Part shown: piece by piece, positions 26,696 to 28,161 of the stretch
Layout of the letters: every line of letters starts with the position of its first letter
How positions within the stretch are numbered: the first letter of the stretch is position 1
Assembly (NCBI GenBank): GCA_024275665.1
Contig: JAJRYS010000028.1
Location: 1-28,161, forward strand
DNA length: 28,161 nt
From: an archaeon
Lineage (GTDB): Archaea > B1Sed10-29 > JAJRYS01
Reading direction: 5' to 3'
Notes under the pieces: generated by a model
Told to the model about the DNA's origin: nothing
Seen by the model: the letters and a program-made list of their open reading frames with translations, nothing else
Database searches by the model: none
Made by a program: the position numbers and the translations under genes

Positions 26696-28161
26696 ATGCG
26701 CTTGATAGCAGATCTTCACATTCACTCCAAGTATTCTCGTGCTACTTCTTCCAAAATGACCCCGGAGTTCCTTGCAAAAGCAGCAAAAGAGAAGGGCTTA
26801 GGATTGCTTGGCACTGGTGACTTCACTCACCCCAAGTACTTGGAAGAGTTGAAAACAAGGCTTGTTAAGAGGGACGATGGGTTTTACGAGTATGATGGAA
26901 TGTTGTTCGTTCCAACTTCTGAGATTAGTTTCATGTTCTCGCAGGGGGGAGAACGCAGGAGCGTTCACTTGGTCTTCATAGCGCCTGATTTTGAAACAGT
27001 AGACCAGTTCAACGACGAGCTTGACAAGTGGGGCAGGAGGGATTATGACGGCAGGCCAATATTCGGAAAGACTTTAGTAGAAGCAGTTGATTTTGCTTTG
27101 AGCGTTTCCAAGAAGATTGAAGTCATTCCTGCTCATTGTTTCCTGCCAGGTACCAGGGTTGTCTGTAATTTTTACTCCAAGCCAATTGATGAATTATCAA
27201 AAGGAGAGAAGGTTCTTACTCATAAAGGAGTTTTTAGGAGAGTGAAAGAAGTTTTTTCAAGGGATTATTCTGGGATTGTTTATGAAATCATTCCTTGGTA
27301 TATGAGAGAAGGAGTTGTCTGTACTCCTGAGCACCCATTTTATGCTATTAAGTCAAAGAAGAAGTGTTCTTGGACTAAGGGAACATGCCGTCCTTTATGC
27401 TCTAAGTCTGATTTTTGTAAGTCAAAGGATTTTGAAAATTACAAGCCGGAATGGGTGCCTGCTGAAGAGCTTGAAGTGGGGGATATTCTACTTTATCCTC
27501 GTTCTAACAAGGTTAAAGATGTTGAGTTCATTGTTATTAATAAAAAATTTTCTAAGAGAGGAAAGTTTGGGAGGATAAAAGCAAGTAAAGATTTTTGGAG
27601 GTTTATTGGTTATTACTTGGCGGAGGGTTATTCTAATAGGAAAGACGGGATTGGTTTTACATTTCATAAGGATGAACAGGGATACGCAGAGGACGTTAAG
27701 AATATTGTTTTTAATTTATTTGGGTTAAAATCAAGAGAAATTCATAGCGAGAGAGAAAATATTGAGTTTATTTTTTATTCAAAGGATTTAATGTTGTTTG
27801 TTGAAGATTTTTGTTACTCTTCTGAAAGTAAAAATGCTTTTACTAAGTCATTACCTGATTTTGCTTTATTCCTCCCTCTTGAGAAACAAGCTGAATTGTT
27901 AAGAGGATGGTGGAGAGGGGATGCTGGTTATACAGTCTCTTCTTTGCTCAAAGAGCAAATGAAACAAATTTGCTTTAGGCTTGGTATAATCCCTTCAATA
28001 GCTGTGGATTCGGTTAGAGATTATGAAAAGAGAGGGAAGCATTTCATTAAGGGTAGGAGGATTAAAGCAAATCACGATTTATACGTTTTTTCAAACCTTT
28101 CTTTTTTTGAAGATAATTTTAACTTACTACAGGATAGAGCATTTAGAAAATTTAAGACGAA
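26696..28161 (+). CDS. EndoQ-like PHP-domain nuclease (COG1379 family), 3'-truncated by window end, containing an intein
   Basis: Not in the ORF track because no stop occurs in the window. I translated it by hand: MRLIADLHIHSKYSRATSSKMTPEFLAKAAKEKGLGLLGTGDFTHP...KKIEVIPAH then the intein. The ADLHIHS.YS / GTGD PHP motifs match the EndoQ/COG1379 family. The listed ORF 27315..27578 is in a different frame inside this gene. Confidence 0.75.
   Translation, partial: MRLIADLHIHSKYSRATSSKMTPEFLAKAAKEKGLGLLGTGDFTHPKYLEELKTRLVKRDDGFYEYDGMLFVPTSEISFMFSQGGERRSVHLVFIAPDFETVDQFNDELDKWGRRDYDGRPIFGKTLVEAVDFALSVSKKIEVIPAHCFLPGTRVVCNFYSKPIDELSKGEKVLTHKGVFRRVKEVFSRDYSGIVYEIIPWYMREGVVCTPEHPFYAIKSKKKCSWTKGTCRPLCSKSDFCKSKDFENYKPEWVPAEELEVGDILLYPRSNKVKDVEFIVINKKFSKRGKFGRIKASKDFWRFIGYYLAEGYSNRKDGIGFTFHKDEQGYAEDVKNIVFNLFGLKSREIHSERENIEFIFYSKDLMLFVEDFCYSSESKNAFTKSLPDFALFLPLEKQAELLRGWWRGDAGYTVSSLLKEQMKQICFRLGIIPSIAVDSVRDYEKRGKHFIKGRRIKANHDLYVFSNLSFFEDNFNLLQDRAFRKFKT
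27137..28161 (+). mobile_element. intein (HINT domain plus LAGLIDADG homing-endonuclease region), partial; inserted after the PAH motif of the EndoQ-like gene
   Basis: It starts at Cys (tgt 27137-27139). CFLPGTRVVCNF...IDELSKGEKVLTHKG matches intein block A. GVVCTPEHPFYA matches block B (TxxH). The LAGLIDADG-like blocks are FWRFIGYYLAEGYS and AELLRGWWRGDAGYT. The C-terminal splice junction lies beyond the window. Confidence 0.7.

Noticed and set aside
27315-27578. Listed 87-aa ORF
   Set aside because: It lies out of frame inside the long EndoQ-like/intein reading frame (26696 onward, no stops) and has low-complexity L/S-rich content.
1-28161. tRNA, rRNA or CRISPR arrays
   Set aside because: No GC-rich 70-90-nt islands or regularly spaced direct repeats occur in any intergenic region. 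All intergenic spacers are 130 nt or shorter and AT-rich. The only notable DNA repeat is the coding duplication at 14141-14317.

Overview
This window is an AT-rich archaeal chromosomal segment, about 28 genes, tightly packed, with many overlapping start/stop codons and TATA-box-like motifs 25-35 nt upstream of start codons. Housekeeping content: PheRS alpha and beta, RNase Z, archaeal LonB, an M29 aminopeptidase-TldD-TldE operon, a stomatin, a radical-SAM SplB-like enzyme, a Ygr210-like GTPase, the conserved Csl4-RpoL-DUF99 cluster and a Sec11-type signal peptidase. Accessory or unusual content: (i) two long genes (pheS and a ~1060-aa DUF2341/LamG-like surface glycoprotein) each broken by one in-frame TAA with the frame intact on both sides; (ii) an EndoQ-like PHP nuclease gene (26696-28161, running off the window end) that carries a LAGLIDADG intein inserted after a conserved PAH motif, with a stray 87-aa ORF listed inside it; (iii) a 100-aa Lys/Thr-rich, extremely basic low-complexity protein with an internal 141-nt duplication; (iv) a class-III-signal-peptide (archaeal type IV pilin-like) protein whose body is made of Cys/Asp-rich metal-binding-type repeats, next to a divergent signal peptidase I; (v) a ribbon-helix-helix gene preceded by clustered GTATAC palindromes; (vi) a 5'-truncated protein made of six tandem ~48-aa 'YYD' repeats. 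No tRNA, rRNA or CRISPR array was recognisable. Stop-codon usage (TGA > TAA > TAG, all as terminators) argues against genome-wide recoding.
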